Part shown: piece after piece, positions 24,383 to 35,369 of the stretch
Numbering within the stretch: the first letter of the stretch is position 1
Layout of the letters: every line of letters begins with the position of its first letter
NCBI GenBank assembly: GCA_963845755.1
Contig: CAWJTV010000039.1
Span: 401,457-465,456, forward strand
Reading direction: 5' to 3'
Length of the DNA: 64,000 bases
From: an uncultured Planctomycetota bacterium
GTDB lineage: Bacteria; Planctomycetota; Planctomycetia; Isosphaerales; Isosphaeraceae
Position numbers and translations under genes: made by a program
Notes under the pieces: generated by a model
Seen by the model: the letters and a program-made list of their open reading frames with translations, nothing else
What the model was told of the DNA's origin: nothing
Database searches by the model: none

Positions 24383-25233
24383 ATGACGAAAACAACGACG
24401 ATCACGCCGTTGCGCTCGATCCTCTCGGCCGCGATGGCCGTTGCGGTTCTGGTGTCCCCGGTGGGAGCGACCAAGGCGCGCGCCGCGGATCCCGGCCAGG
24501 CGGAGACCGAGAAGGACAAGGCGTTGACCAAGACTCAGAGCGGGCTCCAGTACCGCGACATCGAGGAAGGAAAGGGGGAGAAACCCAAGGAGAGCGAGGT
24601 GTGCGTGGTCCATTACACCGGCTGGCTCTGGGAGAACGACCTCAAGGGCAAGAAGTTTGATAGCTCGAAAGACCGTGGCGTGCCGTTCGCCTTTCCGCTC
24701 GGCCAGCACAAGGTGATCCCGGGCTGGGATGAGGGCGTCGCCACCATGAAGGTCGGCGGCAAGCGCGAGCTGATCATTCCCCCCAAGCTCGGCTATGGAG
24801 AGAGGGGATTCCCCGGCGCCATTCCCCCCAATTCCACGCTCTTCTTCGAGGTCGAGCTGCTGGATAAGTTCACGAAGACCGAGAGCGGACTCCAGTATCG
24901 CGACGTCAAGGTGGGGACCGGTGCGCAGCCCAAGGCCGGCCAGACCTGCGTGATGCATTACACCGGCTGGCTGTGGCACAATCCCGGCAAAGGGAAGAAG
25001 TTTGACAGTTCCCGGGACAACGGCCCACAGCCGAACGGCCAGCCGTTCCCCTTCCGACTGGCCGCGAAGGAGGTCATTGAGGGTTGGGACGAGGGTGTTG
25101 CCACCATGAAAGTCGGCGGCAAGCGCGAGCTGATCATTCCCCCCAAACTGGGCTATGGCGCGACCGGCTCCAGCGGGCCATTCCCCCCAATGCCACCTTG
25201 TTCTTCGAGGTCGAGCTGCTGGACGTGAAGTGA
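24383..25233 (+). CDS. Secreted FKBP-type peptidyl-prolyl isomerase with two FKBP domains
   Basis: Two copies of HYTGWL...KFDSS...VI.GWDEGVATMKVGGKRELIIPP; indel near 25170. Confidence 0.9.
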
Positions 25234-25491
25234 ACTGGCGCGGGGCGTGGGGAGAAAAGACCGGTCCTTCTCGGCACTCACCACGCCCGAGGTCCGATGC
25301 AACTCCGGTTGACCGTAATCGGGATTTCGGTATAGATAGCCCTCGACTTGAGCAAATCTCCGCATCAGATCTCGTTTTTTCGGTTCAACGTCGTGTCCCC
25401 TCCCCGGGTGGGAGCCGCCGGAAACGTCCGGCGGCCGGGGGCCGATCCGAATCTTCCAGTCGCCCGGTGGATTCCCAGGGAGGGCGCCGTG

Positions 25492-26451
25492 ATGGCACGG
25501 AACGGAGTTCGCACTCGGTTTTCCCCGCAGGTCGCACGGCGACATGCCTGGCCGCGGGATCTGATCGTGATGGTGGTCTTGGGCCTGGGCTCGATCGCGC
25601 CGGGCCGCTGCGAAGCGGCCGGGATCGCCCGGTATCTCACACCGCGGGATCAGTCAAATTCCCTCTTGCTCTCGGAGACCGGCCAGCCGATCGCGGACCG
25701 CTCGCCGGCCCATCCCGGAGCGGCGTCATCCCAGGGTAGCCTACCGGCTTACGCCGCGTTCCCCCTCTTCGGCGGCGAACATTTGCCGACGGGAATCCCG
25801 ACGTTGACGACCGGTCCCCAGGCGGGCGATACGACGGTCGGACCGCTGGACCTCACCCCGATGGTCCAGGCCAACCTGAACGCGGTCCTGAACGCCTCGG
25901 GGATGGCCGTCGTGCAGACGCCGACCCAAGGCTACGCCGTCGAGTACCTGCCACGCTATGCCCAGATCCAGGCCCATGAGGCGTCGTCGGCCAGATCTGG
26001 AACGGGCACGACATCAACGAATACCGCCGCAACCAATCCGAGCTCGTTGTCCGCCCTGGAGTCGAATCTCACCATCGAGGGCATCCCGGCCAAGGAGATC
26101 GCGAACTGGGTGAAGACCGGGTCGAACGGGGTCGCCCAGTGGACGTTGACCGAGCTTTCCGCCCTCGAGAAGGCACTCAAGATCAGTCCGAAGCCGACCG
26201 CCACGAAACCCGGCTTGAACGTCCAGGCGCAGGTGCTGGCGCCCCCGCTGGCGAATGGCTCCGCGCCGCTGCCGACTCCTCTCCCGGAGCCCAGCACCTG
26301 GCTGGTCTTCGGCCTGATCCTCGGGGCCGCCGGGTTGCGGCAATGGGCCGGCAGAAGGCGGCATTTCTCCGACAGGCTCCCTCACGGCAACGGGCAGTCC
26401 AGCGCCAGCGCGGCGACAGCCCAGCCGGTGGCTGCCGCCGAGATGAATTGA
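25492..26451 (+). CDS. PEP-CTERM sorting-domain protein
   Basis: Signal-like N-terminus; C-terminal LPEPSTWLVFGLILGAAGLRQWAGRRR. Confidence 0.75.
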   Translation: MARNGVRTRFSPQVARRHAWPRDLIVMVVLGLGSIAPGRCEAAGIARYLTPRDQSNSLLLSETGQPIADRSPAHPGAASSQGSLPAYAAFPLFGGEHLPTGIPTLTTGPQAGDTTVGPLDLTPMVQANLNAVLNASGMAVVQTPTQGYAVEYLPRYAQIQAHEASSARSGTGTTSTNTAATNPSSLSALESNLTIEGIPAKEIANWVKTGSNGVAQWTLTELSALEKALKISPKPTATKPGLNVQAQVLAPPLANGSAPLPTPLPEPSTWLVFGLILGAAGLRQWAGRRRHFSDRLPHGNGQSSASAATAQPVAAAEMN

Positions 26452-27536
26452 TCCGGCCCGTGCGGGAACCCGCTCTCGAAGTAGGGCTGGAATGGGCGGC
26501 TCCGCGACTTGACGAACCAGGAGCCGTCCGCGCGCTGGGTCTTGATCAGGAATGCGAGTCCGCGCCGGTATGCGACGTGGTTGGTGGCCAGGCCGCCGGC
26601 CTGGTGCAGCGCGACCAGCGCCGAGCCGGTGGCGTAGGCATCGCTGGCATGGGCATCGACCGCACTACGTCCTGAGTCCTTCGCCGCCTTGGTCGGTTCG
26701 GCCGGAGCCGGGCCGTCGAGCTGGCTCCAACCGCCATCGGGCTGCTGAGTCCGGATCAGCTCGGCGGTCGCGGCTTCGAGGTCTTTCGCCTCGGCCCCGG
26801 CGAGTTCGAGGCCCCAGAGCCGAAAGACGCGGTCTTCGGTCTCGCGCGGCTTTGCCTGGAGCAGCCACTTCAGGACCTCGCCGCGGCGCCCGAGTTCCGG
26901 CGAAGGCGACCCGGCCGTCGGCTTCGCGTCCCGGTCTTTACCCTTCGATTCGGTCCGTGGACCGAACGCGCGCAGACCCCGCAGCGCCAGGACCGTGGCC
27001 GTGAAGTCGCTCGACTCCGACGGCGGCCGATGCGACCCGGCCAGCCAGTGGCCGCTCCGGAGCGGGACCACGTTCAGATAATGGCTCACTGCGGCCGTCG
27101 TCTCGTCCGGCTCCCAGCCGGCGGCCTCCAGTGCCCACAGAGCATACCCGGCTCGGATGACGCTCCCCGGCTGACCCTTGCCTTTCTGGTAATCGTCGAG
27201 GGCCGTGCCCAGGTCGGCCTCGGTATGCTCGGCGATGGCGCGCAGCGTGTCGGCCTCGACCGCGAACCCGCGCCGACGGGCCAGGTCCAGCGCCACCGCC
27301 GGCACCGCCTGGTTGTGGCAAGAGAAACAATCGCGGTGCCGCGGATACTCCTCGGCGCCGGCCTTTACCAGAAGCGGCAGCGCCCGCTCAACTGCCGTAC
27401 GGATCGATTCCCGGCCCGGATCCGACACCGAGCCGGGTCCTCCATCTTCCGCGGCCATGACGAGGCTACCCCCGGCCAAACCCGCGACCAGGACCAATGA
27501 CGCATGCAGAATTCGCGCAGGCCAATATGAACCCAT
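26382..27536 (-). CDS. Prenyltransferase/squalene-cyclase-repeat protein
   Basis: CFSCHNQ, QQPDGGW, TQRADGSW, FESGFPHGPDQFISAAAT. Confidence 0.8.
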   Translation of the reverse strand: MGSYWPARILHASLVLVAGLAGGSLVMAAEDGGPGSVSDPGRESIRTAVERALPLLVKAGAEEYPRHRDCFSCHNQAVPAVALDLARRRGFAVEADTLRAIAEHTEADLGTALDDYQKGKGQPGSVIRAGYALWALEAAGWEPDETTAAVSHYLNVVPLRSGHWLAGSHRPPSESSDFTATVLALRGLRAFGPRTESKGKDRDAKPTAGSPSPELGRRGEVLKWLLQAKPRETEDRVFRLWGLELAGAEAKDLEAATAELIRTQQPDGGWSQLDGPAPAEPTKAAKDSGRSAVDAHASDAYATGSALVALHQAGGLATNHVAYRRGLAFLIKTQRADGSWFVKSRSRPFQPYFESGFPHGPDQFISAAATGWAVAALALDCPLP

Positions 27537-27598
27537 TGTGATATCCGTATTCGCCTCGACCGGTACAGCCCTTGGTTAAGTGATTGTCCGTGGACCTC

Positions 27599-27662
27599 GT
27601 GGGGTGGGTGAATTCCACCAAGAATCAATCGAACCGATCCTGGTGGGTTTCACCCATCCTAC
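27599..27662. repeat. GTAG-type REP inverted pair (REPIN-like); related copies at about 17388, 31628-31688 and 35251-35308
   Basis: gtggggtgggtgaattccacca...tggtgggtttcacccatcctac; gtagggtgggtacaacccacc...ggtggattgcacccaccctgc. Confidence 0.7.
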
Positions 27663-28056
27663 AAATCTGGCGGCATAACGACTTCGGCCATCATTCTCGG
27701 CGAGCTCGACGACTCACGCCAAGCCATGGACCTCGATTATGCAGTCACGCTCGCTCGCACTGCGACGTATAATCGACAGAGAGGCACACGGGGTGTGCTC
27801 GGAACCGCCGGGAGAATTGTCGCCGATTGGCGCGATCAGTGACAGGGGTGAGTTGCCGTGCGCGGTGGGGCACTCGCCTGATCGAACCGGATCAAAAAGA
27901 GTCTCATTCCTGGCGATCCGGGGGAAGTCGGGGGGCGTAGAATACTCAAGAGGCGGCCCCTAGTGAGTCGAAAAAGATTGTGACATCTGATCGTGGCTCG
28001 ACTCGCCGCCCAACCATTGCAGCCCCGGCTGGGGCTTACTTCTCTGCGAGGGCGTC

Positions 28057-28985
28057 ATGTTACCGTTTGACCTTCGCGAGCCTGTTAACGCCTGGAGTCA
28101 CGGAGCCGGGATGATGATGGCCCTGCCCATCACCTGGTTTCTTTTGAGACAGTGCAACAAGGTCCATCCGTGCGGCCTCGAACGGCGTTGCCGCACGCCG
28201 GATCCGTGCTTACCGGCCGGGGGCACTTGCCGTCTGAAACGGCATCAACGATTCAAGTTTCTGTCCTTGCTGGTCTTCGGCATCAGCCTCACGTTCTGCT
28301 ACGCCGCCAGCGCGGTGTTCCATGCGGTCCCGCTCCAGGGCGAGGCACTGAGCCGGTTCCAGCGTCTGGACCACGTAGGAATCTTCCTGCTGATCGCCGG
28401 GACGTATACGCCGGTGGTGTATTCTCTGCTCCGTCGCCGATGGTTGTGGGGCACGCTCACGACCGTCTGGACGATCGCCCTGGTCTGTGCCGCGCGAGTC
28501 TGGTTCGAGGGGATCTTACCGATCTGGCTCTCGACCTCCGTCTACTTGACGATGGGCTGGGGATCGATCTTTTGTTACCGGGAGCTGGCGCGAACCTACT
28601 CGCACCGCACGCTCCTGCCGCTGCCGCTGGGCGGGCTCTTTTACACGATCGGCGCCTTGATCAACCTGTGCGCTGGCCGATTCTGATTCCGGGCGTCTTC
28701 GCCTCCCACGAACTGTTCCATCTGTTCGTGATCGCCGGCAGTGCGTTCCATGTCTTTTTCATGATCGATGTGGTGATCCCGGCACCCTGGCCGGGCCTGG
28801 CGCCGATGCCGGTCCGATCGCGCCTGCGAGCCCCGTTGTTGCTCCGGTGGACGCGGGCCATGCTGAGTCGTCGCGTCCGGCGGTGGATGCTCCACGTCCT
28901 GCCGCATGCCCAGTGGCTCGACCGTCTGCTGGCTCCGGATCTGCTCGACCCCGTCCCCTCCGAGAGCCGCGCCAAGGTGGTGTAA
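28057..28985 (+). CDS. Hemolysin III / PAQR family membrane protein (indel near 28670)
   Basis: REPVNAWSHG, LDHVGIFLLIAGTYTP, HELFHLFVIAGS. Confidence 0.9.
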
Positions 28986-29047
28986 TCGCGTGCCGCCCTG
29001 GCACCTCGGGAGAGACGCGTATGGCCGCGCCGCCTCCGCGATCTGAG

Positions 29048-29785
29048 TTACACCGTGACGGGGATCCGTTGCTCGCGGCAGGTGCGGTCGTAGGTCGCGT
29101 CCAGGTCAACGCGCAGACAAAACGAGCCTCGCAGCCATAGGGGCCGGCTCGGCAGCGACTCCCCGATCGCCAGGCGCTCGCGCCACATGTCGAGGCTGGG
29201 CTGACTTTCGCGGTCAACCGGCCGATAGGATGCGGCGCGATGGTCCGCGTCGAGGGATGTCGCCGCGTCCGTGCCGAGTCGCTTCAGCAACGCCTCGTGC
29301 CAGGGGAATCGACGCCCGGTCACGACGTGCACGATGGCCAGTCCTACCCCCTCCTGGAGATAGGCCGCGCACCTGGTGATGAAGGCATCGCGATGGTCGG
29401 GCCGATCCTTGTTCGCAGGGCTGACCAGCTCGATGGCTCCGGCCAGGGTCGGTCCCTCTTCACGGTCGAAAATCAGGACTTCCACGATGTCGCTGAGGAG
29501 AGGGAGGGGTATGGTTTGCGCCGGAGCCGGCACGATCCAACCACCGGGGCCAGTGCCGGACAACGCCGGGTTCATCGCGAAATCTGCTTCCTCATAGTCA
29601 GCCACATCAATCTCGATACCGAATTGTACGTTCGGCTCGGCGAAGTAACCCTCGGGCAACTGGCGGTTCAAGTCCGACGAGAGGTAGGTCGCCCAGGCAT
29701 TGTGAAAGGCGTGCCAGTGCCGTCGGGCACCGAGCGGCGGCCGGAAGTGATCTTGCAAAACCACGTGTCGCACCCTCCTCGCCAT
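29048..29785 (-). CDS. DUF4058 family (restriction-endonuclease-like fold) protein
   Basis: WHAFHNAW...LPEGYFAE...AGAIELVSPANKDR. Confidence 0.8.
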   Translation of the reverse strand: MARRVRHVVLQDHFRPPLGARRHWHAFHNAWATYLSSDLNRQLPEGYFAEPNVQFGIEIDVADYEEADFAMNPALSGTGPGGWIVPAPAQTIPLPLLSDIVEVLIFDREEGPTLAGAIELVSPANKDRPDHRDAFITRCAAYLQEGVGLAIVHVVTGRRFPWHEALLKRLGTDAATSLDADHRAASYRPVDRESQPSLDMWRERLAIGESLPSRPLWLRGSFCLRVDLDATYDRTCREQRIPVTV

Positions 29786-30001
29786 GATGCCGCTCCGACC
29801 ACGGCGTTGCCTCTTATCTGTCGGATCGACGAACCATCGGCTAAGCCCAATGATATCGCCGCGGGTCGGCCGCGCGAAGGCAACGGGGCATGATCCGTCC
29901 GCCTTCATCGGGACTGGAAATCCCGACGGCTATGCCTTAGAATGGTCGTCCTCGCGGACTTTCGGATGTGAAGGTCTGCATATCCCATTTAAGGACCGGC
30001 C

Positions 30002-30499
30002 GTGATCTCTCGGACTGCGGAATACGCCCTCCGGGCGGTGGTGTTTCTCGGATGCCAGGCCGGTCGGCCGGCGACGACGCACCGGATCGCGGCCGGGACG
30101 AGGCTGCCGGCCGGCTACCTGGCCAAGGTCTTGCAGGCGTTGGGGCGAGCGGGGCTCGTCGATGCCCAGCGCGGGCTCAACGGCGGTTACGTGCTGGCCC
30201 GGCCGCTGGAGGAGCTCACGGTTCTCCATGTCGTCAATGCTGTGGACCCACTGCGGCGGATCGACCCGTGTCCTCCGGATCTGGCGGAGCATCAAGAGAG
30301 CCTGTACGCACTGCACAGGCGGCTCGACGAGGGGATGGCGTTGATCGAGTCGTTCTTCGAGCAAACAACCGTCGGCCAGTTGCTCGCCCGGCAGGGCCCG
30401 AGTCCACAGCCGTTGTGCGCGGTCCTGACGCCGTCCGAGCTCGGTGAGATCGAGACCGCTTCCACCGCGGTGGCGTCAACGCCGCTGGACTTGCCCTGA
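30002..30499 (+). CDS. Rrf2 family transcriptional regulator
   Basis: ISRTAEYALRA...YLAKVLQAL...QRGLNGGY. Confidence 0.9.
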   Translation: MISRTAEYALRAVVFLGCQAGRPATTHRIAAGTRLPAGYLAKVLQALGRAGLVDAQRGLNGGYVLARPLEELTVLHVVNAVDPLRRIDPCPPDLAEHQESLYALHRRLDEGMALIESFFEQTTVGQLLARQGPSPQPLCAVLTPSELGEIETASTAVASTPLDLP

Positions 30500-30876
30500 G
30501 CCTTCCCCGATTCCCGCCATGATTGGTCCAGTGGCTCGGCTGTCGCCTCCAATCAGTCGAGCGTTGCCCCCCCATCGTAAGCGAGCTCCGGCCCCGGCTT
30601 CTCGAGAAACTCGTAACCGCCGCGAGGAATCCCCGCACTTATTAGTACCGGACCACGCTGAGGGACATGATCAGTCGGGTATGCCGTCGCCGCGATTCAT
30701 CTTCGGCCATCAGGGTCGAGAACGCGGCCGTCGATCATGACGGTTGAAGGATGGCCCGGTTCAGGCATCCGCGCCTGAAACTCAGCGTTTCACAAATGTT
30801 TCTTCTTTGGACATCCTCTTTCCGACACAGAGGGAGAGTCAACATGCGCGCATCGAATCTGGAATTGGACGGGCCG

Positions 30877-31576
30877 ATGTCGACGAGCGATCCGAACGGC
30901 GGCCAGGGCGATCCGGCCGCCCCGTCGCGACGTTCGTTCCTCACCCGCGCCGCGGCGCGCCTCGGCCCTGGTCGTGCCGACCCTGACCCTGATCACCTCC
31001 CGGAAGGCTCGGGCGTCCGGCCCCAGGAGGCTGACCGGCCTGGCGGCCGAGTTGATCAACGAGGTTATGAGTGATGAGGACCAGCATGTCCCGATCATTC
31101 AAGGGCTCCTCGACGACCCGGACAACCCCTTGCCGGTTCCCATCCGGCAGCCGCCGAATTTCAACCGGAAGCGACTGCTGCAACCGAACTTGCAGGCCTT
31201 CCTCGAGACGGCGTCGGCGTTCGAGAACACGGGCTCGGGGCTCTATCACGGGGCCTTACTCAACGTCACGCAGACCCAGGAGTATTTCCCGATCGCGGCG
31301 GGCCTGGCCGCCGTGGAATCTCGCCACGCCTCGTGGCTCAACTCACTCCTGGGTGAATCCCTCGTGCCGGATTTCGCCCCGGTCGAGGCGCCGATTCCCC
31401 AGTCGACCGTGCTTTCGCGCGTCGCAGAATTCGTCACCGATCCCCGGTCCACGTTCCCTGCCTTTGACACGACGGTCGTGACCGACGCGAACAACTTCTT
31501 CATCCTCGATTTCGTCCTGTTCCTCGAGTACATCGAGTCGGAATTCTACGATTTGAACGTACCAAGGTTCACCTGA
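30877..31576 (+). CDS. Ferritin-like domain protein with Tat-like signal; frameshifted
   Basis: SRRSFL; DEDQHV, FENTG.GLY, VESRHA, LEYIE motifs. Confidence 0.7.
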
Positions 31577-32069
31577 TGGGAACGAACTGCCACCAAGGAC
31601 ACCGTCCGATCACGGCGTCCGGACCTTGTAGGGCGGGTGAATCCCAGCAGGAGCGGGCCTCGTCTTGGTGAGTTTCACCCAACCGACTCGGTCCTCGGAT
31701 CGTCTTCAGGGCCCATCGAGGATGTCGCTGACGTCCTGGCGACCCGTGGCATCCCGGGGCGAGCGAACCTCGGGATGTCATGAGTTCCTGGCATCTGCCT
31801 TCAGCAAACCGGCTCACCTCCGATCCCGCCGGTCGGTCGGAGCCCTACCATCGGCCAACGGGTGCGCGGGACGAACAATTCCTCAAGTCCCTCCAAGACA
31901 GAGACCTGCGCGATCAGAGCCGGGATCCTTCGCAAGGTCATCGGTCTCGGCGCACTTTACCGGACGCTTCCAATCCGCCCTCTGGCTCGCGACTTGCAGG
32001 CATGACGCGTTGCTCATCCCTCAACCGTTCGATTAAGCTGGGGGCAGAGAAGGAGGTCCGCGTTTGATC

Positions 32070-33117
32070 ATGAAGCACTGTGGTCGTGTGGTTGCGGTCG
32101 TCACGGGATCCTGGGCACCGGCGCTGGTCGTGATCCTGAGTTTGGGATGGCTCGGGTTCGGACCGTTGGCAGGAATCGCGGTGTGCGCGCCAGGGGACCG
32201 GCGATGGTCCCACTGCGACGACCGAGGGCCCGGGCCGCATCAGCCCTCGTGCTACGGGCGGCGCCGATGAGGCTGGTACGATGTCGGGAGGCGAATCCGA
32301 CGGCCAGGGCCGCCCGACTCGGCTCGATCCCAACGGGACCTTCCTGAGCTGGATGATCCGCGCATCCGGCCCGATCGGCCTGGTCATCGCGTTGATGTCG
32401 TTCTACCTGATCGCGCTGATCGTCTGGATGGCCTTGAACTATCGCGCACCGGTCGCCGTGCCCGGCGAGGTGGTGCACGAGGTCCAGGGCTTGCTGGAAA
32501 AATCGAAGTACAACGAGGCCTATCAACTCCTGATGGAAGACTCGTCGTTCCTGGCACGGGTGCTCTCCGCCGGGGTGCGCAAGCTCGCGGCGGGCCTGGT
32601 CCCGGCGCAGCGCGCCATGGAGCTGGCCAACGAAGACGCCACCATGGAGATGGAGCATCGCACCACGTACCTGGCCACCGTGGGAACGCTTGGGCCGATG
32701 ATCGGGTTGGTCGGGACGGTCTATGGGATGATCCTTTCGTTCCGTGTCATCGCCGTTGAGGGCTCCTCACCGCAGGCCAGCCAGCTTGCCGAGGGGATCT
32801 CGACGGCACTTTTCGCCACGCTCGAAGGGATCGCGCTGTCGATCCCGGCGATTTATTTCTATGCGTTGTTCCGGAACCGAATTGCGCGGCTGTCGCTGGA
32901 GGTCGGAATGACCGCCGAGATGCTCCTGGAGCAGTTCGCGCCCGGCGTGCGGATGTCGTCGCCGTCCGCCGGCGCCGCAACCGGCCCGGTCCCCTCGTCA
33001 ACCCCTCCGGCGCACGCCCATCCGTTCGCCGTCAGCGCGGCCCTGGCCGCGGCCTCGACCCACGCCAATCGCCCGGCCTTGCCGCCGACGGCTCCGGCCC
33101 CGGACCGCGACGCTTGA
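32070..33117 (+). CDS. MotA/TolQ/ExbB proton channel family protein (N-terminal indel)
   Basis: LGPMIGLVGTVYGMI...GISTALFATLEG. Confidence 0.9.
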
Positions 33118-33120
33118 TAG

Positions 33121-33617
33121 ATGGAGACCGACCGCCTCATGCCGCGCCGCCATCGAAGGGCCGCTTCGTCCGTGGCCAATCCCAACCTGACGCCGCTCCT
33201 GGACGTGGTGCTCCAGCTCATCACGTTCTTCATGATGCTGGTGCACTTCGGCGCGCGGCTAGAGGGCTCGACCCGACTGGTGCGGCTGCCGCTGGCCCCG
33301 GCGGCGCTGCCGGGCTCCGACCTGACGTTCGACCGACTCTCGGTGATCCTCGACGCCCAGGGGCGGCTGCGGGTGGGCGGCCAATCGCTGGGGGAGGCCG
33401 ACGCCAATGCGTGGTGGGCCCAGCAGGCCAAGTCGCGGCGCTCGGGGCTCGAGGACCTGGGCGAACGCGGTGCCGCCGCCGAGAACCTGCCGACGGTCGT
33501 GATCGTCTGGGCCGATCGGGCCGTCTCGTACGGCGCGGTCCGCCGCACCCTGGTCGTGGCCCAGGAACAAGGGTTCGCCCACTTCAGCCTGGTGGTCCTT
33601 CGGAGTCGCGGCAATGA
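33121..33617 (+). CDS. ExbD/TolR family protein (3' end uncertain)
   Basis: PNLTPLLDVVLQLITFFM; ADRAVSYG. Confidence 0.85.
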
Positions 33618-34243
33618 GCACGGGGGCCGGTCTGGGGATGGGGTTGTTCTTGTCCGGGCCCGAGGCGGAGCCGACCACCGTCCGGACCGAGGCGATCGAC
33701 GCCGAGTCGCCCCCCGCGCGGCGCTATCGGCCCGGTAGTCCGGAGGAGGTCGCCTTCCCCGTGACGCCGATGCTCGATATGGCCTTCCAGCTCCTGGCCT
33801 TCTTCATCCTGACCTTCAAGGCGCCGTCGGCCGAGACTCACATCGACCTCGACCTCCCCGCGACGCCCGCCGCCTTGCCCACCGCGGTGGAGGGCCGCGC
33901 CCGGCCCCGTACGTCCCGGACCGTCGATACCGACCTGGAGAACGACTTGCTCGTCCGCGCCCAGGCCGATGACCTTGGCGACCTCAAGACCATCCGGCTC
34001 GGCGAGAATGGCCTGCCGGACCTGCCCACACTCGGCCAGCGCCTCCGCGACTACAAAAAGCTCCTCGAAGGCCGGCCGCTCCGCGTCCGACTCGTCGCCG
34101 ACGATCGCCTCCGCTACGAACCGGCCGCCCAGATCATCGCCACCTGCTCCGCCGCCGGCGTCTCCGCGATCCGTCTGGCACCCCCCGGCGCCACGCCGGA
34201 GCTGCCGAGGAATTCGCCGGCAACCAAGAATGGACGCGAATGA
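33614..34243 (+). CDS. ExbD/TolR family protein
   Basis: VTPMLDMAFQLLAFFI; ADDRLRY. Confidence 0.85.
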   Translation: MSTGAGLGMGLFLSGPEAEPTTVRTEAIDAESPPARRYRPGSPEEVAFPVTPMLDMAFQLLAFFILTFKAPSAETHIDLDLPATPAALPTAVEGRARPRTSRTVDTDLENDLLVRAQADDLGDLKTIRLGENGLPDLPTLGQRLRDYKKLLEGRPLRVRLVADDRLRYEPAAQIIATCSAAGVSAIRLAPPGATPELPRNSPATKNGRE

Positions 34244-34300
34244 ATGAATACCGGTCACGCGAATGACGCCGATCCGCCCCGCCGAACTCGAGCCAGGAGC

Positions 34301-35197
34301 ATGGCAAACACTCTCCGCAACCTCACCGCCATCCTGGTAATGATCTCGCTCGGACTCTCGGCCCAAGTTGGATCGTCGCACGCCGAGGATCCGGGACAGG
34401 ACGATGAATTGAGCCTGGCCGACCTCACGGCCTATCGCGCCGCGCTCTCGGGCAAGGCGACCGCCGACGATGCCCGACCGGCGGACCCCTCCGCGCGCGT
34501 CGGCTTCCGGGAGCTGTGGGAACGTTCCGATGCCCATCGCGGTCGTCGCGTGACGATCCAGGGGCGGGTCGAGCGGATCTTCCGGCAAGGACCGGTCGGC
34601 AGCTTCCCTCCACTGGTCCAGGTCTGGGTCTACTCGCCGGCCGGCGACCCGTTCTGCCTGGTGTTCCCGAGGCCGACGGACCCGACCACTCCGGACCCGG
34701 ATCCGGAACATCGCACGGTCTCCCAGCCCGTGGACCGGCGCGGCGAGGATGCTCCGCCGCCGCCGACGGCCATCCCCGACCCGGGTCAAACGGTTCATTT
34801 CACGGGGACATTCTTGAAGATGGTCCGCTACGCAGCGGGGGACGGTCCCCGGCTGGCCCCGTTGATTGTGGGAGACCGCCCGCCAGCGGCGCGGGGCGCG
34901 GGGCTCCCGGCGGCGCCCAGGGCGGCCAAGCCCGGCTCCCCATCCGCCTCGACCCAGATTTTCCGCGCCATCGGAGGCCAGGGCCCCGGCGCCTCCGCCC
35001 CCGTTCCCTGGGCCTGGTCGTCGACAAGCTGGGGGCTGGGCCTGACGCTCGCGGTCGTCGCGGGGAGCATCCTCGCCTGGCAGCATCTCCGAGGCGCCCA
35101 GCTCCGCGCCCGCTCCGCCATGCGAAATCGGCGCCTGGACCCCGAGTTGGCCAGTCCCCCGTCTTTTCTCGATACGACGCAGGAGTCTCGCGTATAG
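34301..35197 (+). CDS. Exported hypothetical protein with OB-fold-like segment and C-terminal TM
   Basis: Signal peptide; HRGRRVTIQGRV...VHFTGTFLK...APLIVG. Confidence 0.6.
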   Translation: MANTLRNLTAILVMISLGLSAQVGSSHAEDPGQDDELSLADLTAYRAALSGKATADDARPADPSARVGFRELWERSDAHRGRRVTIQGRVERIFRQGPVGSFPPLVQVWVYSPAGDPFCLVFPRPTDPTTPDPDPEHRTVSQPVDRRGEDAPPPPTAIPDPGQTVHFTGTFLKMVRYAAGDGPRLAPLIVGDRPPAARGAGLPAAPRAAKPGSPSASTQIFRAIGGQGPGASAPVPWAWSSTSWGLGLTLAVVAGSILAWQHLRGAQLRARSAMRNRRLDPELASPPSFLDTTQESRV

Positions 35198-35369
35198 AAT
35201 ACCGTAAGGCACAGGGGTCGATCCTGGTAAAGTCGATTGGCGGCGGATCGGTAGGGTGGGTACAACCCACCATTCGGCATGGGCTCCGGTGGATTGCACC
35301 CACCCTGCCATCGAATGCGATACAAACCGACCCCGAAAGCACTCATCCCTCCAGAACAGGATGATTTCC

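Noticed and set aside
24530..25230. Internal direct repeat
   Set aside because: Explained by tandem FKBP domains
26382..26451. 70 bp convergent overlap of the PEP-CTERM and prenyltransferase genes
   Set aside because: The tail after the RRR motif is probably a non-functional extension or an indel effect
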